From Paraspadella gotoi (taxonomy: Eukaryota > Animalia > Chaetognatha): a stretch of 64,000 nucleotides of DNA. Below, piece after piece: positions 10,381 to 37,593 of this stretch (position 1 is the first letter of the stretch; the number at the start of each line of letters is the position of its first letter). The DNA is taken from NCBI GenBank assembly GCA_051294375.1, contig CM119269.1, forward strand, positions 522,272-586,271, in the 5' to 3' direction. A program made the position numbers and the translations under genes. The notes below the pieces were generated by a model. The model saw only the letters and a list, made by a program, of their open reading frames with translations. It ran no database searches and was not told the origin of the DNA.

Positions 10381-12659
10381 GGTCGGGTGTGTGGGGGGGG
10401 GAGTAATCTTATTTGGCGGGAAATCGTAATCGTGCGAGTTTGACAGAAAATTAATGGGAAGTTGAAAAGAGGACGTCGTAAAAGTAAATCATAAAAAAAA
10501 ACAAAAAAAAAAAAGAACAAGAACGGTAATTCCAATGTGTTTTGCGTGGCCGCAGTGACTTTATTTTCATATACTATCAACACTGCATCGAAATTTCCGT
10601 CTTTAATTCCTAATTAGTTTAGATTTCTGAAGACGCGCTAGCAGTCCCTTGTAGATTTGAGGGTTTTGTCGTTAACACAAATGAGCCCAACTATAGGTGA
10701 ATTATGTACCGGACGGGGACCAGACAATTACGACCCGAACCGACCAAGGACAGATTCGACCGACAGATACCGACCCGAAAGATTAAGGTGATAAAGTGAG
10801 TTATAGTGTTCGGCTCAGCGCGAAAGAGAAAGGAAAAATAAGTGCCGACCGGAGGAATTGAGGCGGAAGAAAAGAACGAAAAGGAAATAAGATTTATTTT
10901 TGGGTTCTTAAAAAAAATTAATATCAAGCTCAAAAGAAACTTTCTAACGAACCAGAAATAAGACTTCAAAAACATTGGGGGAAAAAAAGTTCTCTCTCTT
11001 CTCTCCTCTCTCTCTCGCCTCTTCCTCTCTCTCTCATCTCTCTGCTCTCTCCTCTCTCTCCTCTCTCTCTCCGTTCCTCTAATCATTGTCTATTCCCCTT
11101 TCTCTCTCATTCTTTCTTTCTTTTCTACAAAATTTCTATTTTAGTCCACTTTTATCTCGTCGGGAACGCTTTTCAAATGTCTCTATCCTTACTTTACTTT
11201 CTTTCGCTTTGTGATGCCCGCTTCAACCGACTTGCGTCTGTGCCTCTGTGCTTCTTCTCAAACTCTTTTCTTTTCTCCTTTCGCGCGACACGTGAACCTC
11301 GACTTCTGCCAAAGCGTTCTGGTTTCGTTTCCATCGTCCCCCTTTGCTTCTGCTTGCTTTACTTCATCTATGCAACGGGGGACAAGCTCCCGTTTCTTTT
11401 TTCTTTTTTCTTTTTTCTTTCTTCTTTCTTCTTTCTTCTTTCTTTCTTTCTTTCTTTTTTTCTTATCTCTCTCTCTCTCTCACTCTCTCCCTCTCTCTCC
11501 CTCACCACTCTCCATTTGCCTTTCCGTCCACCCCTCTCTCAGGAACACCCTCTCAAACTCACTCCAGTTTTCGCTGCTTACAATATATCTTATCCCCAAA
11601 CCTGATATGATTGGGTGTCGTTGATTTCCGTCGAATTCATTGCGCAAAATTAAGTCGAGAAATTCAGGATAAAAATAATATTTTGAATTTTGATAGAAAA
11701 TCAAAAAAATATTTCTAACGAAGTCGTAACGAACTCAGAATCTTTTGAGTTTTGAGAAATTGAGAAGATTTCGTAAGAAAAGAAAGATATTGTGACTCGT
11801 GAGTTGGCGATCGAAAAATCAGAGATGAAAAGTGGTTGTAGCGATTTTAGGTGGTTTTGAGCCGAGATGAGTGGTTTGAGTTCTTGGTAGTTTTTGAGCG
11901 AATCGGGTAAAGTGAGCAAAAGTCTCTTTAGATTGTGAACTCTGGCAACTCACGGCGTAAACTATGACGACGACGACGACCGGACGATGGAAATGTGGCG
12001 CGTGGAATTAACGCGTCCTTTGCGTCAGTCGAGGCGTCGTCGTCGTCGTCGTCATCGTAGCCGTCGAAAGTTTTAAGTAGAAACGCATATTATTTTAAAG
12101 CTTGGGGGTGAAAAAAAAAAAGAAAAGAAAAAGAAAAGAAAAAAAAAGAAAAAGAAAAGAAAAGAAAAGAAAAGAAAATTAAGATATCATCTCGCGTTTT
12201 CTTTTCAAAAGGAGAACCAGTGGCACATGGTAATGTTGATTTACTGTGGGGAAAAAAATTCCGTCCAACTGCAAAACAGACAAAAACAAGAAAGAAAAAA
12301 TAAAACCGAAAACTAGATAAATAATTAATGACGAAGACCAAAGGGTTATTTTTTTGCGGCTGATCATCTGCCCGGTAATTCTCAGACGTTCCTTTTATTT
12401 TGTAGAAATATTTGTAGTATATTTTAATTATTTATCTAGCAGTGATGCATACTGAAATGATTTCTTACAGGAAGTGGCACGTTGAAGACGTGCGTTGTTG
12501 TTGCTACAAAATAATACGTGATAATTTGGAGTTTTTAAATATTTCATCTTGATGTCGGTGATCGAGAGAATAAATTCTTTATAAACTCGCCTATATATCT
12601 TTGTAACGAGGTGTCTTCCTATGTATTAATTTCCTGGTTGCGTAAACAAAAACAAAAGA

Positions 12660-13490
12660 AAGAATAACTAAAGAAAAGAAAAGGATATTAAATATGAGAG
12701 AGAGGCTGGGTAAGGAATAAATAATAACTAAAGAAAATAAAAGGATATTAAATATGAGAGAGAGGCTGGGATAAAGAATAAAGAATAACTAAAGAAAAAA
12801 AGGATATTAAATATGAGAGAAGAGGCTGGGTAAAGACAAAGAAAATAAACAGGATATCAAATATGCAGAAAGAGAGGCTGGGTAAAGAATAAAGAATAAT
12901 AATAACTAAAAAAATAAAAGGATATTAAATATGAGAGAGAGGCTGGGTAAGAAAGAATAAAGACTAAAGAAAAGAAAAGGATATTAAATATGAGAGAGAG
13001 GCTGGCGATAAGAAAGAATAAACTAAAGAAAGAAAAGGATATTAAATATGAGAGAGAGGCTGGTAAAGAAAGAATAAAGAAATAACTAAAGAAAATAAAG
13101 AAAGGATATTAAATATGAGAGAAGAGGCTGGGTAACAGAAAAGAAACAGAGAGAAGAAAAAGAAAAGAAAAGAAAAGAAAAGAAAAGAAAAATAAGATAT
13201 CATCTCATTTAAAAGGATATTAAATATGAGAGAGAGGCTGGGTAAAGAATAAAGAATAACTAAAGAAAATAAAAGGATATTAAATATGAGAGAGAGGCTG
13301 GGTAAAGAATAAAGAATAACTAAAGAAAAGAAAAGGATATTAAATATGAGAGAGAGGCTGGGTAAAGAATAAAGAATAACTAAAGAAAAGAAAAGGATAT
13401 TAAATATGAGAGAGAGGCTGAGTAAAGAATAAAGAATAAAGAATAACTAAAGAAAAGAAAAGGATATTAAATATGAGAGAGAGGCTGGGT
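12660..13490. repeat. ~60 bp purine-rich minisatellite
   Basis: About 13 copies of aaagaataactaaagaaaa(g/t)aaaaggatattaaatatgagagagaggctgggt. Confidence 0.92.
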
Positions 13491-15562
13491 AAAACAATGC
13501 TGAGTTAGCGATGGTGCGTTAGAACGCAAATTGGCAACCATTTTACTAATTAGATGAAATGATCTTTATTTGAGGTAGAAAGTCATCTTAATCTTGCACA
13601 TATTTTGTAGAAAATCTGATCGAATAACAAGTGACGAGGTTTTCGGCCGAAAGAAAGCCACAAGAAAGCAACTAGAACGGTGAAAAGATAAGGTCAGCTA
13701 AGGTCAACTTAAATGACTAAAAAAGAATGACCCTACGCGAGGTAACAAAATATCTTACATATTTTGCTTATAACTTATATTTTTTTAAGAGGCAGAATAG
13801 CTTTCAAAAAAAATTAAAACATATATATCAAATAATTATTAATGTGATTTGATTGAAAACGTTGTATATTTCTATTTAAAATGGCGAACATTGTTTTATT
13901 TCCTACAATACATGATTCACAAACATCTATGAGCAGAAAGAAAATCATAAAACGAGAAAAAGAAAAAGAAAAGAAAAAAGGAATTAGTCTAAGTAAACTG
14001 GATTTCTCAGAAGAAAATTAGCAAGAGGCTAAAAGGTTGATGGGATTTGTAAACGAGATTCCCGACGGTGATTGGCCAAGAAGACTAGGCTCTTTTCTTC
14101 TTTGGCAGTTGATTGGCTAGTTTTAATCCGGTTTGTCAAGTTCGTCCCTGGAAAAAAAAATCAAGGTCATGGTGAAAAAAGATCACGTTGGGTTCCTAAT
14201 GTAAATAGTAAAGAGTAAATGATTAATATTTTCTTTTATCAACTTTTGATGAGGAATTCAAATTTGTAATAGAAATTAAGAAAAGCCTATTTTGAATTTT
14301 TTCAATTTTATAAGGATAGTACTATAGTCTATAGACTATAGTATAGATAAATATAGCCTACTGCGTAAATTAAATAACATAATTTTTTTTTACAAATTAA
14401 TGTTTACTGATGGTATGTTGTTCAATGTTCATAATTGACTTTTAGAATTTTCGTACGTAACTTTCACTACGCTCTAGTAGATAGGGTGCAAAGTGGGATA
14501 TCCGCAACTTCTTTAACCACTCAAGCAGCCATGGAACACACGACCCCAAGGCGGTTTACGGCCGTCCTCACGGTTCCCGCAGGGTAGGTACCATTTGGGA
14601 TCGATCCCGGTACGTAGGGGATATGGGTCACGCCATGCTCATAGGCGGGGTGAACTTATGCAATGCCAAATTATTGTCAGACAAAAAATTTTATCTTTAT
14701 CTTCCCATCATTAATCATTTTGACTAAGTTCAGAATATATTTTCATCAATATAAATATACTTCCGCTCGCTCTTAAAAAGTAACAAAAGGGAAAAAAATT
14801 GTATTTAAAAGTCCGTTCCTTTCCTTGCAAAACACGTTTAAAATTTCTCTATTAACAAAAAAAACGCAGCAAAGGTATAAAGTTATAATTTAAAAAAAAC
14901 AAAAAAAAAACTCGCTCCAAAAGAAACTCTTATCAGTAGAAGAAACGACCTCCATTTTATGTATAACTATTAATATAACTATTAATATAACTATTAATAA
15001 CTATTAATCATCGCGACAAAGACGGACGCTTTCGCAATTCGACAAGAAATTTCTCTTCTCATTTACAATTTTTATGCCAAGAGGTTTCGAAGGTAATTAC
15101 AATGCTTCGATGACATTTTATTATATAGAATGGGTTTTTCAATCTTTATGAAATTGGTACAACCAATATTAAAATTATCCATTCATTTGATAAACAAGCT
15201 ATCTTGCCCCTGACTTTGGCCTCCATCACTCTTTCAAGATAATGACATAGAAAGTCCCTGCAAGTTTTCAATCAAGACTTTCTCACAGTCTCGTTTATTC
15301 ACTCCCAGAGTACCAGGCTTCCCTATCAATGAAGTGGAATAATGTTTCAAAGAATGTTTCAATTGTATGAAAAGACCACTCCCTTAAGTATTAAGTGTCA
15401 TTGTCGATTTCTTTATCATCATGTACATCATTGTTCCGCAACATCCTCCAAGGTTCCACCGATGCCATCGTAATTCTAATTTTCCTCACCGACGGTCATC
15501 ATCAGCTCTGTCGCTTCGAGAAGTCTCGTTTGGATCGACGGTCACCGAGATTGAATTCGGAG

Positions 15563-16123
15563 ATGTGGGGGAATGGAACGATCCTGACACGAATGACACC
15601 GATAAACGTGGAGCAAAATATATCGCGAGACCAATCGGAAAAAGAAAAAATCGAAAAATTTAAAGCCCTCGCCGCGTTGGTGAGTTTAATTTCTAACTTA
15701 TTTCATATCAATACATTTAAATCATTTAATTATGAAATTGTGAAAGGAATGATGTTTGCCGTCTGGATTGCAGGTAGCCGGTTGCTCTTTCCTCTTTGCC
15801 ACGATCGTCATTCTCGTTTTCATGTTCCGACAACTCTGCTGCGCCAAATGCAAACTGTATTGCAGGTGGGGGCCTCGTGTTTGGTTGAAGGGGCTCGAGA
15901 AGACCGATTCATCATTCAGTTTAAGATTTCAATATCGAGAATATTTCTACGAACAAAATAACAAGTTGTGGATTGTGCAATGTGCATATCTTCGGGTTGA
16001 TATTTTCCTCGCTGAAAAAAGGCAATTGCTTTGACGATTAACAGGGACCGAAAACTCCGTAAGAAGTTGAAAAACGCGGACGAAGAATTCGGGTATTCTG
16101 CCGCGACTCGGAGATCCGATTGA
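15563..16123 (+). CDS. Small single-pass membrane protein, 3 exons, ~95 aa, unknown family
   Basis: Exons 15563-15679, 15774-15865 and 16045-16123 join in phase: MWGNGTILTRMTPINVEQNISRDQSEKEKIEKFKALAAL/VAGCSFLFATIVILVFMFRQLCCAKCKLYCR/DRKLRKKLKNADEEFGYSAATRRSD*. The frame stays open upstream, so the true start may be earlier. Confidence 0.65.
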
Positions 16124-16469
16124 GAAGACGCAAACGAATCCAAGGAATGAGAAGTAACTTTAAAAAAAATCAAAGGAACCTTCTTTGACAATTTGAAATA
16201 AAAAAGTTTTGTGTTTCGGCTTTAATAGTATACGACTAAAAATATATGTTTACTGTGTAGCCTATTTGTTTAAAATTATGTTCATGCAAGTAAGACAACT
16301 AAGCTCATTCAACGTTTATTAATTATTTCGAAAAGAATATTTTTCTCTCGCGTGTATTTTGTAATATTTTATCAATGTTTAATGCAGATTGCAGTCAACG
16401 AAATTGCTCCAAAATTCTAAGGAAATCTACATATACTGAAGAGGCAGTAATTATTGTTAGGTGTTAGTG

Positions 16470-16645
16470 ACTGAACCGTTCAATATGAGCAATCCCTGAG
16501 CTTCGGACCAGGCTGTAACACTGTGTAACAGGCGGGTTAAGCGACCCGTCCCTCTTAACAGTTAGGATGACAACCGGGTTAGAACTCGGGACCTATGGGT
16601 TGGGAGGCGAATGATTTGCCTCCGGCACAAAGGGCCGCCGATGAA
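16470..16645 (-). mobile_element. Possible tRNA-derived SINE relic
   Basis: GC-richer island with a B-box-like ccgagttctaacccgg on the minus strand. Similar islands at ~14480-14655 (ccgggatcgatccca) and ~7575-7740 (ccgggttcaatccg). Confidence 0.3.
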
Positions 16646-16999
16646 CGGTATGTGGATTTCAGTCCACCATAATAGATAGTTTTCTAAAGTTTCCCTTAAA
16701 AAGCTTTTAAATTAAGTTAAATTGAATTTAAATTTAGGCGTAAAAATTAAAACAAAAAAGCCTAAGAGATTTACCGTTGACAACGTTGTTGCGTCAGTTT
16801 CTTTTCTTCGTCGTGGGTACAAGAGTGGCGCCTTGTTCGCCTCCCGACTATCAGGGTCAAAATACGTAACGGTATTAGCTTTTTCGTCTCGTTAACATTG
16901 ATTACTAATGGTTTACGTTTAGATGGATTTTTCGAAACTGCAAAATTCGAATTTTCGATTTGGCTTAATGCGTCTCTATATTCCTTAATGTGGCCTTCA

Positions 17000-28105
<11,106 letters not shown>

Positions 28106-28134
28106 TTTCTTCGTCAAAATTGAACGAGTCGAGA

Positions 28135-28142
28135 TGACGTCA
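28135..28142. promoter_or_regulatory. Perfect CRE/ATF palindrome TGACGTCA
   Basis: 30 bp upstream of the EGF-gene ATG, in the region between the divergent EGF and lectin genes. Confidence 0.3.
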
Positions 28143-28994
28143 TAGCGCGAGAGAAAAGGACCGGAGGGTACTCTGTAACTCTGCGAAAAATTAATTAATA
28201 AAAATAATTATCTGGAGGCAGGAGTGTTTTTTCTTGCGTAAATGTTTTATTTTTTTTTTAAATCAAATATTGGTTGTCGTAATGTTGTTGGTTTTGTTTA
28301 GAGGGGCGGTTTGGTTAGTAATGGTTAGTAAGGCGTGCCAATTTACAATTTTTTCACAATATAAAACAGCCTGCAATAAAAATATTTTGTCCTTTAACAA
28401 CTGAATTAATTTATGATGTTAGATTATGAATTAATTCATTTTCCTCATGCAGGGAAGCATTTTAATATTTAACAATATTTAATAATAAGATTTTATTTCA
28501 TGGGATAAGTTGTTGGATGCAGTCTTGGGCCTTTTTTTTAACGACTCAGCAGTTCCAAAATAATGTTGCACCTAATGGTTCAATTTAATGGTTTGATTCA
28601 GCATTAACAGAATTAACAATATGTCTGTTAGTCTGTAACCGCCTTATTGGATAGTGAGAAACAGTATTTATTCTGATATATTTTGAGTGGAATGGTTCTT
28701 CTTCTTCTTTATAACTTTTCTTTTGTAAAATCTCAGACATACAGCCCTAGGCGATTTATCTTTCTCGAAAACCCATTTTGTAACAACGAAAGTTTTCTCG
28801 AGTCCTTTAAACTTTAATCTCAGGAAGTTAGAGGAGGTGATTAACATTGTTTATCGTAAAGAAACGTCTTCATTGAGTTATTCATAGTCCGTTGGGCTTC
28901 ATTATCATCATTGTCGTCATGAAAGATAATATCGTCACAGAGAATTTTGACATGTTCATCCTCATCATCATGTTGTCAATTCTTGCGTGAGTGC

Positions 28995-29076
<82 letters not shown>

Positions 29077-29779
29077 GTGAGCAGCTCGATCAATATAATT
29101 TTTTTTAGTCATCAAAGTATAGATATTATTATAAAAATCTTAACCCTTTTTTACATTGAAAAAGAAAAGGAAATAAAAGTTTTTTTTTTTTCTTCTAATT
29201 TTGTGCTTTAAAAAAGGGAGCAATGTAATTTTATCTTTTACCATATCTACTTGTTATTTCCTTATCTTTTGTAAATAGACAACAGTTTTCACCGAATTGA
29301 AAGATTAAGTCGATTGAAATCTTTTGAATTTTTGAAATAAAAAAATATCGGGCGACATCCTTTTCAGTTTTCAACGCGGTTCCAGAATTCTTTGAATTCC
29401 GTTTCATCATTTCATATTCTCATCGTAATAACAACAACAAAAAATAGACAATTTATTTTTTTTTTCTCCAAAAAACTTTTCCTGAACAACATGGAATCGC
29501 CCAATTATTTTTACGAAAATGATGCGAAGTTAACATTATCAACAATTACCTTAAGGCTTAACTAATCTTAAATAACAATGCCAACTGACATACTTAACTA
29601 CTAAATACTTGACAGACTTGCAACTTTTATGATACGGGAATGAATGGGTCCGTAAGAGACGAGGCTTCACCGGAATCTGCTGATAACGCCAGGTGACTAA
29701 GGGCTGATAATTGATGATATCAATATATTGTTTGGGATTTAACATCCAACAAACAAAAACGAGCCTGATTCTTTACTAA

Positions 29780-30278
29780 AACAAGAACGGTATTTCCAAT
29801 GTGTTGCGCCACAGTAACTTTCTTGTCTCATATATTTTTAGGTAATTATATAATTATAAAATGTATGTTTACCAAACCTCTTATGGTCATTTTTATATAA
29901 AATTTCAACTAAAACAACCAAATATTATTTAAAGTATGGAGCATTCATTTTGTATTATTTTAGCTATATTTTTAGATAGTAGACTATAAGAGTATGATAT
30001 ATAGGCACAATAAGCATTTACTCTTAATTCACCAATCTTCCAAGTATTGACTAAAAGAATTCAGTATTTAATGCATTATTCTATATTAAATTTTTAGTAA
30101 AATTTTTAGGTTATTATGTGGTACGATATGATATGATATCTTACCTTCTTACCAAATATAAACTTAATTGATTTAATATTATTTATATTATGAATATTTA
30201 AATATAAGTGAGACAGACCGACTGACAGACGGCAAAGTGGCTTATTGCCGAGTTGCTCGAGTACTCGCGGCGCAACTA
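29780..30278 (-). mobile_element. Family A element ends flanking an AT-rich interior
   Basis: caagaacggtatttccaatgtgttgcgcc at the left and gagttgctcgagtactcgcggcgcaacta at the right. Confidence 0.55.
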
Positions 30279-30401
30279 AAAAAAAAGAGGATAAAAGCCA
30301 CGTTTTTAATTTCTATGGCTTTGCTTGCTTCGCATCTGCATCGACTTCCAAAGTCGCTTGAATAAATAAACGCCTCTTTATTGTTTTTCTAGTTCTTCCA
30401 G

Positions 30402-34038
<3,637 letters not shown>

Positions 34039-35634
34039 CGATACCAGTTATTAGTGTGGACCCGGTGGGGTATTTGTGTTAAAATATGCATACTAAATAT
34101 TAGTAATAAAGGGTATGGCTTTTCTCGATTCCGCGATAGTTGAAAACGCGAGAGATTCGCTTCAATAATCAAAACTCGAGCGGAAAAAGCATCAAGTAAG
34201 ACTTTGTGGTTTTTGAGAACGTTTCTTAGATATCCAAAGGTCGCGCGTTCTCGGTAGCCGCATTACCTAATGTTGCACTGTCGTCGATTTAATTTTCCGA
34301 GTCGTAAGCTGTTTTTGTTTCATGTTGTACCGTTTTGTAAACAAATTCGGTTTAAATACTCAGCATTACAATATCTTCAAACACTAACTGTTCAATGTGT
34401 TCATAGTTTTCGTTCTCGTTGTTGATTATAAACGCTTGATTAAGACTTACCTAGATTAAGACTTAACTAGATTTGTTGCCAGTTGAAAGATTTTTTTTAA
34501 ATTTTTTTTATTTATCGGATTGTGTTTTGCATCGAGATGAGACTTTGCTTTTTCTTGTCGACGCCTTGATTTCCGCCACTCTTGCTTTTTTTTCGCAAGT
34601 TTTTAATCAGTTACGCCAAATGAAATTTTTAGAATTCTTTCCTTTCCTATCCCGAACAAAAGTGGTTTTATCCAGTAGATAATGTTTGGGATTTCCTTTC
34701 GAGACTTGCTTACTTTTAAGGGGGAAAAAAATGTTAAAAGTATCGAGAAAAATCGTTCAACCGAGAGAAAAAAGGAGACTTTAAAGAGGGAAAAAAATAG
34801 AAGGAAAAAAAAGTTTAAAAAGAGCAGCTGGGACTCATCATCGGCCAAGCTCTCAGTGAAGAAATCACTGTTCTGTAAAGAAAAAAAAAACGGTTTTAAA
34901 TTAGAGACAATTTAACTTTTAAAAAAAATACGATGCGTTGATTGGAATTTAAAATTTGTTTTTCTACCCATTGAAAGAGGGTAGAACAAAATCTCTGTTC
35001 TAATTTACGTCCGTAATGAGAGCTCCATTATAAGTTCGGAACATCCACCCGAAGGATGAAGATAAATTGACATAGAAATCGTAGGAAAGATGTTGAAAGA
35101 ATAAGTTCAACTCACGTCCGCCCACGATCGCACGCTCCCCGCCCCCCACTTTTGTGGAAAGACGAATGAGCCCACGCCGCGGCGTCCCTTTTTCCCCCGA
35201 TGGAGCGCCGACCACGGGCCGGAGCGCCCTCCCCTCCTCCCCGAAGCGCTCGTCCGGGGGAGACGAGAGGAAATCCTCTCGGAATGTGGACGCGAAGGGG
35301 CGGTTAAAGCGTTCGGTCCATCCCCAGCAAAGAAACCTCGTTACTGTCGACCGCAGATTCGAAAATTCTTTTTATGTCATTGCGTAAATCATCGTCCGGT
35401 TTAACTAAATAGCGTTCCCGGGTCACGGAGAGGTTTTTTTTTTTTTCCTTTCTCTCGTTAGCTTAGTGATTTGTTGAGAAAATTCACGAGAACTTGGTGA
35501 GAAGAGAAAATGAAATTGATGATTGGTTTAGAAAATGCGTAATGGAAGGAAGACGGTTATTGTCGGCTATTGTTTAATGATTTCTCACTCTCTTTCTTTC
35601 TTTCTTTCTTTCTTTCTTTNNNNNNNNNNNNNNN

Positions 35635-35666
<32 letters not shown>

Positions 35667-37532
35667 TCATCCATGGTTTATCTTTCGTTTCCTTTTTTTT
35701 TCTTTCTCTTCTTACGACAGACATTCATAGTAGTTGTCAGTGTTGTAAAATATTTTTCTGTCTTTTACGCGAATTATTAAAGTGTTTTTACAATTTTCTT
35801 TTAAAATAGTAACCATCTCCTTCTAATACATTAGGACATGCATTTTAATAAATTATCAAATGAGATAATCGAAATAATACCCGCTGTTCCTCTAGCCCAG
35901 GTAAACGAGGTGGAATTGGGAACGAAGCCACCAAAGGTATCTAATANNNNNNNNNNNNNNNNNNNNNNNNNNNNNNNNNNNNNNNNNNNNNNNNNNNNNN
36001 NNNNNNNNNNNNNNNNNNNNNNNNNNNNNNNNNNNNNNNNNNNNNNNNNNNNNNNNNNNNNNNNNNNNNNNNNNNNNNNNNNNNNNNNNNNNNNNNNNNN
36101 NNNNNNNNNNNNNNNNNNNNNNNNNNNNNNNNNNNNNNNNNNNNNNNNNNNNNNNNNNNNNNNNNNNNNNNNNNNNNNNNNNNNNNNNNNNNNNNNNNNN
36201 NNNNNNNNNNNNNNNNNNNNNNNNNNNNNNNNNNNNNNNNNNNNNNNNNNNNNNNNNNNNNNNNNNNNNNNNNNNNNNNNNNNNNNNNNNNNNNNNNNNN
36301 NNNNNNNNNNNNNNNNNNNNNNNNNNNNNNNNNNNNNNNNNNNNNNNNNNNNNNNNNNNNNNNNNNNNNNNNNNNNNNNNNNNNNNNNNNNNNNNNNNNN
36401 NNNNNNNNNNNNNNNNNNNNNNNNNNNNNNNNNNNNNNNNNNNNNNNNNNNNNNNNNNNNNNNNNNNNNNNNNNGAACGAAGCCACCAAAGGTATCTAAT
36501 AAGGGTGGCGAAAAAAAGAGGGTTGGGCTCAACGTCGTTGCGAATTAAGGTGGCCTCGTTACCGTCAAAGTTTGGAACGCATGTTTCAAGATTTTCCGCA
36601 AATAAAGTAGGTCAGTGTGTTGTTCATTTGTCTGTCTTTGAAAAGTTCTGAGAGGCTGTAGTGTAGGCGGCCGCGCACTCTATTGAGAAACGATAAAATG
36701 AAGAAATACGAGACGAAGGGGGAAAAATAAACTCCATGGAATGCAAACGTTTCTTTCAGCGACTTTCGGTTGCGTTACAAAGGGGAAACCGTTGTCCAAC
36801 CTAATGAATTTTTCATCGCGTTTTACCGCATCTATCCTTGTGTGAATACTTTCTTTCGTTGCGTTTTTAGAATTCGTTTGAGATAAGAAGATTTTGTATT
36901 TGTTTACAAGCAACGAATTTTATTAAGAAACAAATAACCAAACAAAATACCAAGCCATGGTATAGTATCGTTAATTTAAAGTCGTACCAGCTAAGATTTA
37001 TATGCATAATTCATAAGCTGATTTATATGTATATCGATATATTTTAGAGCTACCGTAAATAGTATATTTTGTATGTTTAAGGTTTAACAGCTCAAACGTT
37101 TTAAATCAAGACGAATGTCTCATCTCAAAAACACTTCGAATTTTCTGATAAGAAATTCTTGGATATTTGAGTCTTCATGTTAGCTAGATCTTTACTGAAC
37201 TAAGGTTATCATTAGCTTCTCTTCAACGTTAGTTTTTTAGTATTGAGGTTTTGGAAGCTAATTCTATTGGTTTCACTTACGAACTGAGATGATGACAACG
37301 ATTAGCCTCCCTTTTTCTCTCTTTTTCGCTTCTAAAAATAGCTCGTCCCTATCAGCAGAGGATATTAGGTGTTATAATGAACGATGAGAAGAAAGTGAGA
37401 GAATTGAACAGATGGTGGATAGAAAGAGAGACGGAGTAACAAAGAAAGAAAGAAAGAATGAGAAAGAGATAGAGACGGAAGGGAAAAGGGTAAAATACTT
37501 CGAGATAGTGAACAAAAAAAATACTGGTCTTC

Positions 37533-37593
<61 letters not shown>

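Larger units (their letters stand above)
7737..11392. repeat. Nested inverted and direct duplications centred on N-gaps
   Basis: 7737-8545 is an inverted copy of ~8700-9565; 9566-9947 is an inverted copy of ~10030-10400; 10399-11392 is a direct copy of 8571-9565. Confidence 0.85.

Noticed and set aside
35831-36548. ORFs of 180-236 aa (also 38119-38634 and 32277-32683)
   Set aside because: They consist mostly of N-gap. The same 26-mer flanks both sides of the 35947-36474 gap, suggesting a collapsed repeat.
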